From Octopus vulgaris (Eukaryota), in NCBI GenBank assembly GCA_951406725.2, contig OX597814.1, positions 124,496,001 to 124,560,000 on the forward strand: DNA of 64,000 nucleotides, in the 5' to 3' direction. The notes below the pieces were generated by a model, which was given only the letters and a program-made list of their open reading frames with translations, ran no database searches and was not told the DNA's origin. The translations under genes and the position numbers were made by a program. Position 1 is the stretch's first letter; every line of letters begins with the position of its first letter. Of the stretch, positions 13,515 through 26,554 are shown in pieces.

Positions 13515-16500
13515 ATGCTCAGAATAGGCAGTATAAATGTATGTGGCTTGGGGTCGCCTTTGGAAACAAGGCTACCTGTTAAATGACATCAAGTCACTAA
13601 ATCTGAATATCATAGCCATCAGTGAGACCAGACTCCACAGCTCGCTGGCACTCCAGCACAGTTTCGGTACACATTTCAACATTTATTTTTCTCCGTGTCT
13701 ACCGAGAATGGGCGGAGGTGGCACCGCGCTGCTTCTCCGGAAGAGTCTGGATCTCAAAGTAAGAGCAATTTTCCCAGAACCGGAGGGTAGGCTGGTCGTT
13801 TTGGATGTCGATGGCAGCAATAAGTGTGCTTTTCGACTGATAGCAGTTTATGCTCCGTCCTTAACAGGCCGACCAGATTTCTTTCGACGTCTAGAGTCTT
13901 TCATGGGAACGTCTCGTCCTTTACTTTTAGTGGGGGATTGGAATGCCACCCTTGGACATGCATCTAGACTACGTGGGCAGAGATAGCAATAGAAGGGGAT
14001 GCGAATGCCTCAAAGACCTGCTCAGACGTTTCCAACTGTCTGACAGGTACCGACTGGACCACTCGAATGTGCCAATGTGGACATGGAGTAACCGCATCGG
14101 TTCGTCCAGATCATACTTAGATAGAGTATTCTGTAGGACAATAGATAAAAATAGTGTAGGTTGTCCACAAATTCATATAGTCAGTTACACAGATCACAAG
14201 TTTGTGACTTGTACACTTGACTTAGATAAGACACATAGGCAGGGTCCTGGTTACTGGAAACTGAACGCGTCTTTTACAGCACGACAGATTTACAGGGACC
14301 GGATCAGCACATTAGTTAAGAGAGCCTTGACGGGTACCATCATCAACAACAGATGGTGGTATGCCCTAAAAAAGCAATTAAAGCAGAATCAGTCAGATAC
14401 AGTAAAGCCCTAGCATTAGACCGAAATAGAATAGAGGGAGAATTAGTTAAGGTTTTAGAAGAGGCACTTAGAACTGGCATCGCGTCCAACGTGCTGGCGG
14501 CGAGATTGGCCCTCGACCAACACCTCAACGCCAATCACGAGGGATGCGTTGTCAGAGCTAGGATGCGTGCTCTGAGGAACGAAGGAGTTGGAGCCGCCCA
14601 AGAGGCCCGAGTGGTGGAGACGCAACGAGGCAACAGAGCCACCATCAAGTCTCTTATAGATGAACAGGGGCGCGAATTGCTCGAGCCTAAAAGGATGTGT
14701 GGGGCTTTTCAACAACACTTCACCCAACTGTTTGGGACAAGTGGTGGGTCAGAACGCAGAGTGGACTTTAGTGCCTACCTGCATGCCTTGCCACGACTCT
14801 CAGCAAGAGAGGTGGAGTCTTGTGAAAGGCCTATCACAGCTGCGGACGTACAGGATGCGATAGGGGTCTGCGCGAGAGACAAGTCACCAGGCTTGGATGG
14901 TCTGCCCTACGAACTTTATTGTCATATGCCAGACTTGTTTAGAGGCGTCTTGGCAGCTGTCTACTGCAACTGGCAACAAAACGGGAGTATTCCTGCTTTT
15001 GTAAAGCGAGGAGCAGTGGCACTGATTAAAAAAGACCGAAACAAGGGGGACGTCATAGATAATTTCAGGCCCATCACTCTGCTCAACGCAGATTTGAAAA
15101 TTTTGGCCAAGGTGTTAGCCGAGAGATTGGCGCTTGTCATCAAGAAACTAATCGACAAGGCGCAAATATGCGCCGTGCCGGGTAGAAGTATTCATGACAA
15201 CCTCCATCTGATGCGCTACATCATAGACAGGGTTGTTAAGAATCCTGGCATGGGTGGGGCGCTGATCAATTTGGATCAATCAAAAGCTTTCGATAGGGTA
15301 GACCATCACTACTTGGAGGCTGTCCTTAAAGCGGCTGGTTTCGGTCCAGTTTTCCGCGGTTGGATCGCTGCCTTATACAGCGGCATCCGCTCAGTAGTTC
15401 GCGTAAATGGTCATCTATCCAGACCTTTTAACATCATGCGTTCGGTTCGTCAGGGATGCCCCCTCTCATCGCTGCTGTATGTATTGACTCTTGAGCCACT
15501 ACTGCGGAAACTGGCGACGCTGAGGGACATCCCACGAGAGCTGGGATGCGGGAGGAGCGTGTCTGCATACGCGGATGACGTCACCGCCATAGTGTCGAGC
15601 TACCAGCACATCGAGCTGGTCGGCGAGACACTAAAAGAATACGAAGCGGTAACGGGAGCAAAAATTAACCGGGAAAAGTCAGTGGGCTTGCGGCTCGGCA
15701 CCTGGAGAAGCAAGCCCATGCTGTCCAACAGCGTCTCCATCGTGGGACGCTGGACGGACGGACCGGTTAAATTGCTCGGGGTCTGGTTCGGTCCGGACCT
15801 CCAAATGGAGAAGAACTGGAGCGAGATAACGACTAGGGTGGCTACTCTCACCCAGAAATGGGCTGAGAGAAAGCTATCCCTAAAAGGTCGGGCGGAGGTG
15901 GCGAACTCGTACATTGCATCCGTCATCGAGTATCGTCTGACCGTCGTGCCTTGTCCCGACCCTACCATCACCAAACTGGAACGTATACTCTTCCGCTTCT
16001 TGTGGAAGGGAAACGTTCCGATGGTTAGGCGATCCATTTGCTGTCAACACCCGCTAAATGGAGGGCTGGGCATGCCGTGGTTGATGATGCACAGACATGC
16101 GCTGAGACTGCGACATCTCCGGTGCTTCATAGACAACGGTGAACAGGTGTAGTCGCCTTTTGTGCGGCGCGCTTTCCCGCAGCTCGTCTCCTTGGACGAA
16201 CTACAGTCATGGATCAAGCAGAGACCGAGGCTAGGCGAATGGCACCGCGAGTGTCGCGTTGCTCTCAAGCAACTCTGCCGTCCGGGTTCGAACTTGTGCG
16301 ACTCCATCACAACAAAGGCATTCTATAGAGGATTAGTGGAGGGGAGGTGCGACGACGAACTCGGGTAGAGTCTGGGCGTCGACGAGGAACACCTGACCCG
16401 CCTGTTCAGGACAACTTTCGGGCCGGGACCTATGAACAATCACCAAAGATCCCTGGCCTGGCAGGTGTGGGACGAATCCGCCTATCGGCCGAGTCTGTCG

Positions 16501-16783
16501 TGAGAATTGCTCCGCCCCCTTCCCTCAACCGGGAAGGCAAGGTAGTTTTCATCGTACTGGTGGCCATGGTGAAAGAATGTGTGTGGTGGACCCGAGCGAA
16601 AGGATTAGAGACAAACACTTACCTCTCTGGCCAATCGCTCATCAACTTTTTCAAGTACCACTTGAAAAGGAAGGTGAGAATGGAGAGGGAAGTTTTGTCT
16701 CGCGAAAGATTAAAAAAAGATGGGTGAATGTTGCAAAGATGGTGCGTGCTAGTGACGAAACCATTTTGAGCATGATCCTGTAG
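13515..16783 (+). pseudogene. LINE ORF2: apurinic endonuclease + reverse transcriptase, with frameshifts and stops
   Basis: Start MLRIGSINV; APE motifs ISET, VYAP, GDWN, SYLDR, TDH; RT motifs KSPGLDG, FRPITLLNADLKI, LDQSKAFDRV, RQGCPLS, YADD; 599-aa open segment at 14353-16152. Confidence 0.93.
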
Positions 16784-17081
16784 ATCGTAAAAAAGAAAGA
16801 GAGAGAGCATTTTGCTCTCATGTGGTTATTTCCTCCCTGACTGAGGTTCCCGTGGTCTTTTCTGTAGGCTTTTCTTCCCACGGATGAACCCAATCTTGTT
16901 TTATCAATGTTTTTATCATTGTTTCTGTGATACACGATTTCTTTTCTTTTTTTTTCCTCCTCTCGATCCCTTTTATTGCAATCTTATATTTATTTTCTTT
17001 TTTTCCACCCTCGAAAAGAAAAGCTCTACATTTGTATTTGTCCCCTCTGTATTCAGCCCTGTGTGGCTAATAAAAGAAAGT

Positions 17082-17088
17082 TATCTAC

Positions 17089-17176
<88 letters not shown>

Positions 17177-17239
17177 TTGTCTGTCTATCTGTCTGTCTGT
17201 CTGTCTATCTATCATCTATCTATCATCTATCTATCTATC

Positions 17240-17315
<76 letters not shown>

Positions 17316-17336
17316 GTCTGTCTGTCTGTCTGTCTA
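17082..17336 (+). repeat. (TATC)n/(TGTC)n array downstream of the LINE
   Basis: Direct reading. Confidence 0.95.
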
Positions 17337-18589
17337 TTTACATAAAAATATATGCGAGTGGAGTAACTTATTGCTATGCATGCATGTGAATATGTGTATA
17401 TATTATGTGGGCGTGTTCTTTAGGTTTCCGTTGTAGCTGTATCTAATTATTTACTGCTACTGGCTAAATGTGTTGTTCATTCAAAATTTACAATATTCGA
17501 TAGAATATCCTATATTCTATATTTATATTTGAAGAATATATTTTTAAATGCGGTTACCGTTCCACGATAAACCTTAAACTTAGCGTTACTCCTCTCTCTT
17601 GTCTTAAATTCAGCTTCTTGCATTTCTGTGTCTTTCTACCATTTTCCTCCAAATATTTTCTCTTGTTCCTCCTTTCTTGTCCCTCACACCCTAAAATTCC
17701 GACTCTCACGTAAACTCTGCTCCTCTCTCTGCTCCTCACTCTTTCTCTTTTCGCTTACATCTTTACTCACTCACCAATATTTATACTTTAAACTCTTCTT
17801 TAGTGTAACTCATATTCTACACGACAACATTACTTTCTCACTCTCTGCGTATCAGTCTCCTTCTTTCTCTCTTTTCGTCATTCACTGACGAAACCAACGC
17901 CCGAAACTTTATATTTTAACGTTTCTCATGACAACTGAACTTAACTGAACTCTCCTCTGGAGTAATTGTAACCGGTGTAGATCATCAGAAGTTGATAGGA
18001 AGTTGATACCTGATTACATATGCATATACAAACATAAATCTATACGAGTGTATATAAGTGTGTGTATGGACATATGTATGCATAATATGCATGTATGTGT
18101 ATGTGTGTGTATTATAATGCATATATACATATATGCATTCATACATATGAATTTACATGCTTACATATGGCTTACTGTTGTACATATATTTTATTGTGAG
18201 ATATTTCTTTATGAAGATATATGATGATAACTATCCGCAACATTTATGCCTCTGGTATTAGACTCGCTCTCAAGTAAATAGTTATTCTTTTAATCGTTCG
18301 AATCAAAGAAATATTTTTTCATTGAAGGTAACTAGCAATACTTCATAGAAGCTTCGTTTCATCAGTTGAGAAGATTGCATTGCTACAAGTAACATGGCTA
18401 GACAACCTAATAATAACATACAACAACAGCAACAGCAGCGGTAGCAAGCAGCAGCCACGACGAACGAAAATATACCGAGCAGAAAATAAAAAAAGAAACC
18501 ATGTGCGTCTGGTGTTAGTGTGCGTGCCTGAAGTACATGCATACACACAAATATATGTACGTATATGTGTGTATGTGTGTGTGTGTGTA

Positions 18590-18647
<58 letters not shown>

Positions 18648-18751
18648 GAGTGAGAGAGCAGTTCATGCCATCAAAGTGACACTGGGGTAAAATATACGAA
18701 GCCCAATATACCCATCATGACTACCCGTCTGATAAAGGTACACCAGGCACA

Positions 18752-18752
<1 letters not shown>
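18648..18752. mobile_element. ~105-bp insertion within a (TAT)n array, probably a truncated retroelement end
   Basis: Complex sequence flanked on both sides by (TAT)n (18589-18647 and 18752-18783). Confidence 0.5.
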
Positions 18753-18783
<31 letters not shown>

Positions 18784-18873
18784 GGGAAGATTAATTCCAC
18801 GTCCACAGGAATGAGACGTTCAAATTAAAGGTACTAAAGTGAACTTCTCTCAATATTTTATTCACATATATAA

Positions 18874-19825
18874 AAGTAGTTTTAGAGACAGAACCCCCCT
18901 CAACTCAATCAACACTGAAAGGTATTATACCCGACTGAGCCATAAAATATTAAATATGATACTATATCTATTCAGAATTCCATACTTTCCATTTTAAAGA
19001 CAACATGTGTTTCATGACAGCATGTCGGGTTTTTTTTTTAGATATAATGTCTCTAGTTTCAATACTCAATTAGATCGACGTACTCCCAATCTTCAGGTCT
19101 GGATTCTACACATTTATTACTCTATCTACATTCTATATGACTCTATGATGAGTGAAATAATTTGACTAAAAATTGTTAACATAATTTAACTTTACAAATT
19201 AAAGAATTAAAATAAAAATTAAAATAATGAATGAACCTTAAAAATTTAAGAAATAGAAAATAAAATTACCCCCCTTACATTGGAATTATCAAGTATGGAT
19301 TGTACGTTTTTTGCAAGATGTAGCCATGTTTAATTTTCGCAGGGAGGGAGCCACAAATAGATAAGTTAACATTCGTTTTGTTCATTATTTTAAATTTTAT
19401 TTCGTATTTTTTATTCGTATTTTTTATTCTCTTTTATTCCTTAAATTTTTGTTTCTTAAATTTTTAAGGTTCATTCATTATTTTTATTTTTATTTTTATT
19501 CATTAATTTGTAAAGTTGAATTATGTTGACGATTTTTAGTCAAATAATTTCAATCATCATAGAGTTATATAAAATGTAGATAAAGTAATAAATGTGTAGA
19601 ATCCAGACCTGAAGATTGGGAGTACGTCGCTCTAATTCAGTATTGAAACTAGAGACCTTATATCTCAACAATACCGACATACTGTCATGAAACACGTGTT
19701 GTCTTTAAAATAGAAAGTATGGGATACTGAATTGATATAGTATCATATTTAATATTTTATAGCTCGGTCGGGTATAATATCTTTCAATGTTAATTTAGTT
19801 GAGGATGGTTCTGTCTCTAAAACTA

Positions 19826-19828
<3 letters not shown>
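18874..19828. repeat. Long inverted repeat (arms ~18874-19260 and ~19447-19828)
   Basis: aagtagttttagagacagaacc pairs with ggttctgtctctaaaactactt; complementarity continues over ~385 bp; each arm carries CTGAAGA...GAAACTAG. Confidence 0.95.
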
Positions 19829-19863
<35 letters not shown>

Positions 19864-19864
<1 letters not shown>

Positions 19865-20222
19865 GGTTGTGTGGTGAGAACCTTGTTTACCAACCACATG
19901 GTTCCGGGTTCAATCACAGTGCGTTGTACATTGGGAAAGTGTCTTCTACTATAGCCTCGTGCCGACCAAAGTCTTGTGAGTGGATTTGGTAGACGGTAAC
20001 TGGGAGAAGCCTGTCGTATATGTACATATATATATATGTATATATTTGTGTGTCTGTGTTTGCACCGTCTCCACCACCACCATAGCTTGGAACCGATGCT
20101 GGTGTGTTGGAATACCGATGGAATAAGTAGTAGGCTTACCAAGAATAGGTTCTGGGGTCAATTTGTTCGACAAACGGTGGTGCCCCAGCATGGCCGCAGT
20201 CAAATGACTGAAACAAATAAAG
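19864..20222 (+). mobile_element. SINE family B (tRNA-like head, CORE-like segment, internal microsatellite)
   Basis: ggttgtgtggt...ccgggttcaatc...gggaaagtgtcttctactatagcctc...aatgactgaaacaaataaa. Confidence 0.85.
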
Positions 20223-20224
20223 GA

Positions 20225-20623
20225 ATATTTACTACTCTAGGCACAAGGGCCTGAAAATTTGGGGTAGGGGTCCAGTAGGTTAGATCGACCGGAGTACGCA
20301 ACTGGTACTTAATTTATCGACCCCGAAAGGATGAAAGGCAAAGACGATCTTGGTGAGATTTGAACTCCGAACGTAAAGACAGACGAAATACCTATTTCTT
20401 TACTACCCACGAGGGGCTAAACATAAAGGGGATGAACAAGGACAGACAGAGGGATTAAGTCGAGTATATCGACCCCAATGCGTAACTGGTACTTATTTAA
20501 TCAACCCCGAAAGATGAAAGGCAAAGTCGACCTCGGCGGAATTTGAACTCAGAACGTAGCGGCGGACGAAATACTGCTAAGCATTTCGCCCGGCGTGCTA
20601 ACGTTTCTGCCAGCTCGCCGCCT
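20225..20623 (-). mobile_element. SINE family A, dimer
   Basis: Reverse-complement head ending ctcgccgcct at ~20623; two body units. Confidence 0.9.
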
Positions 20624-20904
20624 TGAAACAAATAAAAGAATAATAGAAAGGTTATGTGTGTGTATGTGTGTGTGTGTGTGTGTTGTATACACATGCACTA
20701 AAATGTATATGCATGGCGAGGACTATCAAGCGAATATGTATCAATATATTAAGTATAAATTCTTAAAATCGATGTTCAAGGGGTGTAACGAAACCAATAA
20801 CGCAATTACAGACGAGCAACTAATTGTACATTGGATTGTTTGAGAAGTTCACTTGCCATGAGACATGTTGCACCTGACATTTCGAACCTTGTTCTACGCC
20901 GTCA

Positions 20905-20919
20905 GAAATAGAGAGATAA

Positions 20920-21007
<88 letters not shown>

Positions 21008-21260
21008 GTAGAGTGAGAGAGGGTGAGAGGGCTGAGAGTGATAGAGAAGAAGGGAGAGAAATAGAGATAGATAGATAGGTAGAGAGAGCGCGCGAGAGAG
21101 GGGAGAGAGTGATAGAGAGGAAGGGAGAGAGATAGATATAGATAGAGAGATAGACAAATAGATAGAGGGAGAGAGAAAGGAGAGAGTGATAGAGAGGGAG
21201 GGAGAGAAATATAGGTAGATAGAGAGATAGACAGAGAGAAAGAGACAGACAGACAGACAG
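20905..21260. repeat. (GATA)n/(GA)n purine tract
   Basis: Direct reading. Confidence 0.9.
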
Positions 21261-21660
21261 AATGGTGTAGCTAAAGAGTGTGCTGCTTGAGTTTGCCGTG
21301 CCCCGCTAACTGAACCCTAAAGAACTTCATAAAGCAGACCAAATAGTGTCGCCCTATAAAAGTACCACCTGGGATAGACCTACCACAGTCCCCAATCTAG
21401 GCAGCTGAGGAGAGAGAGAGAGAGAAGGAGAGAGAGAGAGACAGACAGAGAGAGAGAGAGGCATATTGTTTGACAGTCAGAATACCGTCGCATGGGTTCA
21501 AGGAATTGAGATGAAGCTACGTAATGGAAAGAGAAGTTGTAAAAGTCAATCCTTGAAACATGACAAGGAGAAACGGCAACGAATTCAAATATAGAAGAAA
21601 TATGGGAAATCAAAGGAATTGGGAAACAGAAGGAATTGCAAATATAAATAACAATCTATT

Positions 21661-21840
21661 CAAATAATTGCAGCGTGGAAGGTGTTTTGAAACCATTTAA
21701 AAACATTTTGCCAGTGAAACATTTCGTCTCAAAGCGACGAAAATATTTTGGCAAATTAAATTTAAATGTTGAAGTGAATCTAACGGTTTTGGTGTGTTTC
21801 TTAAATGGCTTCTAAACACCTTCCACACTGAAATTGTTTT
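21661..21840. mobile_element. MITE-like palindromic element
   Basis: cagcgtggaaggtgttttgaaaccatttaa pairs with ttaaatggcttctaaacaccttccacactg. Confidence 0.6.
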
Positions 21841-22259
21841 TCTTTCAGCACATGATCTCAGTAAATCTGTTCAAATATTTAGGAGCTAATAAGGAATCCT
21901 CTACTCAATTCGATCGCTCAGCTTACAACGAACTGTAGCGAAGTGATCCTCAAACGCTACCTTGAAAATGGTTAAATATACAGGATAAAATAATATTACG
22001 TATAGTTTGTCAGAAAAGAAGACAGGGTAGTTACGGTTAAAAAGGCAGGTGGGACGATTTTTACGCGGCACTCAGAAATAATTTTTACATGTGCGAACGT
22101 TGTCAGGAAAGGACTTTAGCTACAAATCTACGAAATGTCGATTCTAAAACATCTTATTCAGATACATTTCACTGGCCCCTGAGTTATTTTCCTTTAATTC
22201 TTTTTTTTTTAATTATGCAAATTACCTTGGACATAAATGTTTTTGTCTTGTTTTGTATG

Positions 22260-23170
22260 TATAAGTATTAGTCCCTTGGCTACTGGAAACAAGATTGGAC
22301 AACAATCGTGCTAATGACGGCTATTGAGTCAGAAACGCGTGCTTGTGATTGTCCTTTTATCCCCAGACAATAAACCTGTTCTTTTATTTAAAAGCATGTC
22401 AACTTTAGTGACTACTTGATTCTTGAGATTATTTCTCCTTGTCTTGTGAAGCTAGTCTTAATTGCCGTTTGGTAACTATAAAACATCCTTTCGAGGCAAA
22501 GATAATTTAAATAAATCATGTATTCATGTTGGACAGGTATTTGATATACCCGTGTTTATGTTATTCAAATACAAGCCACTGGCTTCTGAGTTATTTCTTT
22601 ATTTCTCTTAGCTAATTTTGTTTAAATCATATAAAACCAAATATCTTGCTAAATCTTTAAGATACTTCCACGTTATCACCTAACATCAACATTTACGAAT
22701 AAATCGGAAAAATACATAACTATTCTTAAATAACGTAGCATTGTCATTAATAATGAAGAAAACTGGAAGTGCCATTGTCATCTCCAGTCCTAACATCACA
22801 AATGTGCACAGAATATATTTAGAAGTAAACACATCACTAACTATATTTGTTATTGTATTTGTTACGTTTGACAATGTTTTGCTTTGTTATACTCATACAC
22901 TTGTGTACGCGCTGTCAGGCTTGCTTGTTTTCCTTTAGATTCAGTTGCAAAGTGACAATTTTACCAGCGTCAATGACGCCACAGAAAAGTGAGAGACTTA
23001 TCATATGTACACATTTCCATCTAGTTTACACTAAGATACGGGTAGAATGATCTCTTCAATATTGTGAAAACCCAAATAGTTCATGATATCCGTTACGTCC
23101 TCAACAAGTCACCCCCTTGCATAGAAAACAACAAATGCATCAAACACTTTCCAAAGCCATTTGTCAATCT
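22260..23170. mobile_element. Decayed Helitron fragments
   Basis: Plus strand ~23110-23168 translates PCIENNKCIKHFPKPFVN (Rep-like SPCM..GKC.K.FPK); minus strand 22270-22370 is loosely Pif1-like (SGD.RQ, FPVAKG). Confidence 0.5.
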
Positions 23171-23439
23171 AAATATATATATAATGTTATTGCTGTTGTT
23201 TTTATACCATTTACTGTATTAAAGTGCAAATTTAAGGACTCCACGTTAGTTTCTAAATTGGTAGATTAGTAAGAAAGTCAGAGTAAATGTTTTGCTGTAC
23301 CTAGTTGTAGGCTTTTATGTCTTAAGTTTAAATCCTGACAACGTTAACATTGCCTCTAGCATCGCTAGAGGGAGCTATCAGTCAAGTAATGGCGTCTAAA
23401 TATATTTCTTTAAGGCATGCGAGATGTGAATGGAATTAC

Positions 23440-23532
23440 AATAGAAAACTGCGACATTTTGAATCCTCATTCAAGTTAGAGAAGAAGGATATTCTTACGA
23501 TATTTCCCTGTGAGTTCAAACTGTGCGGAAGA

Positions 23533-23563
<31 letters not shown>

Positions 23564-25790
23564 GAAGAAGAACAGGAGGAGAAGGAGGAAGAAGAAGGAG
23601 AAGAAAAAGAAGAAGGAAAGGAAGAAGAGCAACAACAACAACAACATCAATAGGGTTCGGTTACGGATCTCATAGTTCAGGATGGGTTCGAAAAGTTTCG
23701 AACAGGAAATAAATCTTCTTTTGATGAAGACAAATTAAGCGAAACAGTTGAGAAAGATCCCTGCATAGCAGTAGGTAAGCTGACGGAATAAATGGAGCAC
23801 AAGGAAATCAATCATTGTCAACTACTTATGTGTGCAGTTGAGAAGAAGAAAAAGAAGAAAAAAGATGAACAAATGGATTCCGCATGATGTAACTGGGAAA
23901 CATCAATATCAGCGTTAACAAATTCGCTTTACACTACTTGTATGGAATCCAAATGATCAATTTCTTCAACAGATTGTCACGTGACAAAAATTCGATTCTT
24001 TTCGAAAATCTGCAATGCTTGATCGTGATAACGTCTCAAAGTATTTATCAAAACGTAAGTTTCAGCAAAGAGAGCTGATAATGATATTGTATGGCGGAGT
24101 GGAGCAAGCCTCATCCTCTACAACTTCCTTAGTGTCAGACAATCAATCACCGAAAGGAATTAACTGTTTACGGTTTAGTCAAGTGGAAGGGATTGACACC
24201 AAGGACTTCTGAGATCGGTGAGATTAGTGCGGTTGATGTTCAGTTTAAACAACTGAAATTTGACAACTGCAGGAGAAGTAACATAGCATATCGAGAGAGG
24301 AAAGTTGAGAGGATAGGCGTTTTGAAAAGGGATAGAACTGAGCGAAGTAGTCAATACGAATCATAAGGCGAGTAAAGACAATGTGAGTGACAAGAGGAAA
24401 GACAAGTGTATGGAGATTGATAGAATTATACAACTTGGGAAGCAACTGATTAGCTCAGACGAACGTGGAGAGCGATGCATTGTAATTATTCGCTGGAAAA
24501 GCCGAGTGAGAACATAATGTTTTTGTGGCTCGAGATCGGAGTAGGTTACAAAGTAGCTCCTTGCTAATCAATCGGGTGGCAATTTTTTTGTAATCGTCTA
24601 GGTTGTTCGTTTGAGCTGCAAAAATACCGTCCCATATGTGGGAGCAGCGTTCCAGTTTGGGTCTCCTTTGAGCTTTGTCGAGAATTAGCAGTAATTGGGG
24701 GTTGAAGTATTTCCTGGCTCTTAAGAGGAAGGCTAGTCTTTAGGATCAAAGTTTTGGTACGTTATAAATGTAATATCAACAGGTGAGATTATCAGTAATT
24801 AATGAACCTAACATCAATAGAAACTTTCTGGGTTATAGTTAGATGTCTTCTATGATTAGGGAGGTAGGGTGTAATGTTGTTTCCTTGATATGCACAATGA
24901 TTGTCTTTGTTTTATTGAAGGAGAAAAAATTGACTTGTTCCGATTGGTGACGGTTTTCGAGGTCCTTGTTCATGGAGACAACAAGCTTTAGCGCGAGTGT
25001 GCAAGTTGCATGTGGATCACACATATACAGAGAAGATTATGGAGGAGTGAACGGCAGTATCAATTGTGTAGCAGTGGGCGTTATTAGAAATGACAGCAAG
25101 TAGATCATTAACCTGTGAGATGGCAGATTATACTTTGTGAAAGGTTGGTGTTGGAGGCGAGAACTAAATCAAGGGATTTGGAATGTCGTGTCGTTCAGAA
25201 ATACGCTTTACAAGGGCAACTAGTTGTTATACAGAACTAATGATAGCAAAATAAATCGTTCCCTTACACGCAGTCACACGAAAGTGTGAGAGAAGTCTGA
25301 GCCAAGAGGAAAGGTGGATACTGAGATTGTTAAGAAAGATAATTTCAGTGGCACCGAATTTAGAAATTCAACGAAATACAGGGAAATTGTGAAATACAAC
25401 GAGTTTCTGTCAGGCGACAGCGGCCTATTTTTTTCAATAACATACTCACCTACATATGTCAAGGATGGTATTTTAGAAATTAAATGAATTGAAAAATCAA
25501 GGCGTTGCTTCTACCTTTTCTCCAGGAACTTTCTCTTTAGTTTTATCTTTTGCTTTTCAAGAACACTGATAATATTTTGTTCAATAAACATTTCAAAACC
25601 AGACAACTACAAAAGAATGTTTCAAAGAATTCATTGACTCTAAACAGACTGATTTCTACAAGACAGTATTCTAAACCTCGATACATATTGATAAAATGCT
25701 ATTTCATCAAATGGAGCATACATTGATTAAAAGAGGGTTTAATCAATTATATCTGATTATAGTTTTCCAAGCCTGGCGCTTCAAAACCGA
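23440..25790 (+). mobile_element. Decayed mariner transposon interrupted by a LINE remnant
   Basis: EFKL N-terminus at ~23512; KWIPHDV (WVPHEL-like) at ~23872; DQFLQQIVT at ~23955; C-terminus EFIDSK..DFYK...SNGAYID* at 25625-25730. Confidence 0.75.
24170..25400 (-). mobile_element. CR1-like LINE 3' remnant inserted in the mariner
   Basis: Minus strand ERCSHIWDG (LEYCSHIWGG-like) at ~24625-24655; C-terminal QLFKLNINR at ~24230-24256. Confidence 0.65.
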
Positions 25791-26024
25791 TACGATTATT
25801 CCGAACAACATTTATAATATATGAATATCTCAATAAAACAACACAAAACACCTATGAAGATCAACATGTGACTCTGCCAGGTTATCGATGAGGCATTGAG
25901 AGAAACTGAAAGTGGTCGTTCAACCTGCTTGAAATAACAGCCAAACCACCCTAAAAAAGTACCTTACCTTCTAAAATAAGGAAGAAAAACTCGTATTAAA
26001 TAAGGTAGTCTTACATATCACTAA

Positions 26025-26055
<31 letters not shown>

Positions 26056-26554
26056 AAACGGGATGGTTACAGCAGGAATACCTTTGATTACAGATCTAGA
26101 TTAGGTTTATTCTGATGTTAAATAAACTGTAACAAGAGCGGTAACAGAACAACTAAGTTGATGTCTAGATTTCAATGAACAAAACTTACTTCTAAGAGGG
26201 AGATTAGCCCCTTCATTATTAGAAAAATCTTTTAAATAAAACTAGTATAATATGCATATAAACTTACGCATACACAAATGCCTGCTGATATATACTCATT
26301 TACAAATATGGTCATTATCCACACATACGAGCAAGTAGCTTTGTGTTTTGGTAAGAAGTTATCAAATGGCGAATAGATTGTGAGTGACTATTGAGAAGTA
26401 GAATGTAAGTAAATGGAAGGTGGAGATATTTCTCAGTCACATTTGACTGGAGTAGCAAACAAAGAAAGTGTGTGAGTAAAAGAAATTAAAACTAGAGTAG
26501 ACGGGAGTAAGAGGTGTAACAACGGTCGGAGTAGTGAATAGCCTTAACAGAAAT

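Larger units (their letters stand above)
11029..17081 (+). mobile_element. Near full-length Tx1-like (L1-group) non-LTR retrotransposon
   Basis: 5' UTR, ORF1 with CCHC knuckle, ORF2 with APE+RT, pyrimidine-rich 3' UTR, AATAAA at ~17069; (TATC)n on both sides. Confidence 0.92.
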
